The notes below the pieces were generated by a model that made no database searches, was not told the origin of the DNA, and saw nothing but the letters and a program-made list of their open reading frames with translations. From NCBI RefSeq assembly GCF_963921235.1, contig NC_086118.1:20214001-20278000 (forward strand): a stretch of 64,000 nt of DNA, read 5' to 3'. A program made the translations under genes and the position numbers. Source of the DNA: Mobula hypostoma (taxonomy: Eukaryota). This document shows, one piece after another, positions 61,959-64,000 of the stretch (position 1 is the stretch's first letter; every line of letters starts with the position of its first letter).

Positions 61959-63064
61959 AGATCTTTGTTACCAGATGTGGACAGTAACACAGGCTGGAGT
62001 AATCTACAGAGGATATGTATATATCATTTCCACAGACATTCCAGTGAGCCAATCTGGTTATCCTCATCAATATTTTTCTGCCAATAATTTCAATATGTCG
62101 AACATTAATGAGTTTGATTCCATGCTTCCGGGGATAGTTTGTACTTTAATTTTGCTCCTAAAATCTGCAAATTGTCCATGCTAAAATGTTTAATGTGGTG
62201 CAGTAAAGCAGCCTCTTGAAGCATTGACTTTCAAGCACTTGAATCGGAAATAGTGCTCGAGACTATATCGCTTTTCTTTGAGAACTTGTCTCAAAAATAT
62301 CACCTTGTGTGGTGAGTAAAATATTATTCACACAAATAAATTTAAGTGATGCTCTTAGCAGATGTTGCTTCAGTTTACGCTGAAAAGAGTGAGGGAAAGA
62401 TCAAAACAGAGCAGGAGATCATAGAGTGTATCGTAGTGGCCTAAATTCTCACAAAGGTAGACCTGGAATCTGTCTAGTTGGAAAGCACTCATTAGCAAAG
62501 TTTGTGAGAGAACAAAGTTTAGAAGACCTAATACCAGCCCAGCTGCAGAAATAGCTATGATTCTAGTCAAACATTTCCAGTGAAACATGATAGTGGCACC
62601 TACTAAATAAAATTGCTCAGATAGTTCTGTCTGTGAAAAGCAGGACAAATCTAATTTGACTAGTTACCATGCCACCAGTTCACTCTGAATCAGTCACAGA
62701 AGAATGAGTGATATTATCAGTGGTATAAAGTGGAACTTACCAGTAACCTATTCACTGATAATCAGGTCAGATTTTTCGGATACCATGAGGACAGAGATCT
62801 CATCATAGACTTAGTGCAAATGGGGGGAGAAGAAGACCTGAGCTCCAAGGTGGAGGTGAGACTGAACACTCCACACATCAAGGCTGTCAGCATTTGACTG
62901 ACACCACAGGGCCCTGTTAAAACTGAAGTCAATAAGGGAAAATGTTTCTTGCGCTTGAGTTCTATCTTTCACAAAGAATTAAGGGTATGGTTACTGAAGT
63001 CAGTCATCCTACCCAGGAATGTGACCTAACCCCACCCATCCACAGTTGCTTCATTATTGACCTT

Positions 63065-63845
63065 CAGAATCAGAATCAGGTTTAATATCAATGGCATATG
63101 CCATAAAATATGTTGTTTTGCAGCAGTAGTACATTGCAATGCATAATTCTAAAATACTATAAATGATAATAGATACATAAAATTAAATAAAATCAGTAGT
63201 GCAAAAAATAGTGAGGTAGTGTACATAGTTTTATTGTCCATTCAGAAATCTGATAGCCTTGGGGAAGAAGCTGTTCTTAAAACGTTGAGTGTGTGTCTTC
63301 AAAATTCTGTACCTCCCCCTTGATGGTAGCAATGAGAAGAGGGCATGTCTTGGGTGATGGGGGTCCTTAATGAGAGATGCCACCTTTTTGAGACATTGTC
63401 TTTTGAAGCTGTCCTTGATGCTGGGGCCCATGATAGAGCTGGCTGAGTTTGCAACTTGCTGCAACTTTTTCTGATCCAGACCAGTGGCCTGTCCTTACCA
63501 GATAGTGGTGCAACCAACTAGGATGCTCTGTAGAAATCTGCGACTGTCTCTGGGGACATACTAATTCTCCGCAAACTTCTAATAAAATATAGTCACTATC
63601 ATGCTTTCTTCATAATTGCATCAATATGTTGGGCCCGGGATAGATCTTCAGAGTTGTTGACACCCAGTAACCTGCAACTGCTCAACCTTTCCACTGCTGA
63701 TCCCTCCCACTGGTGTGTTTTCCCTCAACTCACCCTGCCTGAAGTCCACAATCAACTCCTTGGTCTTACTGGCTTTGAGTGCACACAACCAGCTGATCTG
63801 TTTCACTCCCGTGTGCCGCCTGATCAGCATCTGAAATTCTGGCAT
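63065..63845 (-). mobile_element. Rex1/Babar-like 3' fragment
   Basis: SKTKELIVDFR; IKDPHHPRHALFSLLPSRGRYRILKTHTQRFKNSFFPKAIRFLN; (cagaat)n tail. Confidence 0.88.
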
Positions 63846-63930
63846 CAATCATTGTGTCCCTTCATAAGTGGTGATGTTCAGGGATGATGACGTTGTCAAA
63901 CTCCACAGATAAGTCCTTGGAAAGAAAAGC

Positions 63931-64000
63931 AGGGCCGGCTGGTGGCGCAATGACATCAGCGCCGGACTCTGGAACGGAGGTTCCCGAGTTCAAACCCAGC
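63931..64000 (+). mobile_element. tRNA-derived SINE head, truncated by the window end
   Basis: gccggctggtggcgcaatgacatcagc..ggttcccgagttcaaaccc; close to 38003-38070. Confidence 0.7.

Noticed and set aside
25600..64000. Exons of TMEM220, the next gene expected from human synteny
   Set aside because: I looked for VNDPDA and LHEEEGRE-like coding segments and found none. Very short exons could be missed by eye, or the gene lies beyond the window.
1..64000. Prokaryotic-type systems (retron, DGR, CRISPR, group II intron) suggested by the many RT ORFs
   Set aside because: The RTs have CR1 and Rex1 motifs with APE endonuclease and microsatellite tails. There is no operon structure or repeat-spacer array, and the host genes are vertebrate.

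Overview
Eukaryotic, repeat-dense vertebrate DNA. The repeats (CR1/HER1-type LINEs with (TTCTATG)n tails, HE1/V-SINE-like SINEs, Rex1/Babar LINEs, Penelope-like elements) suggest a cartilaginous fish, probably a ray; this is inferred. Two small two-transmembrane host genes are recognisable on the + strand, each with its whole CDS in one exon: PIRT (10618-11019) and a TMEM238-family gene (20072-20563). The second gene sits where human TMEM238L/LINC00675 (FORCP micropeptide) sits relative to PIRT, but keeps the long TMEM238-type architecture. Most of the rest is transposon-derived and often nested. It includes two young 2.6-2.8 kb CR1 copies flanking the PIRT exon, and Penelope-like elements with a GIY-YIG remnant. 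There are at least eight intact to decayed minimal hammerhead-ribozyme motifs in Penelope pseudo-LTRs, and several 80-160 bp Penelope mini-insertions with their own 13-14 bp TSDs. Also present are two three-TIR mariner derivatives, two ~80 bp hAT MITEs, a TG..CA solo LTR with a 4-bp TSD, and unclassified GC-rich non-coding repeats. All family names come from recalled sequence resemblance, not database searches, and repeat boundaries are approximate unless a TSD is given.
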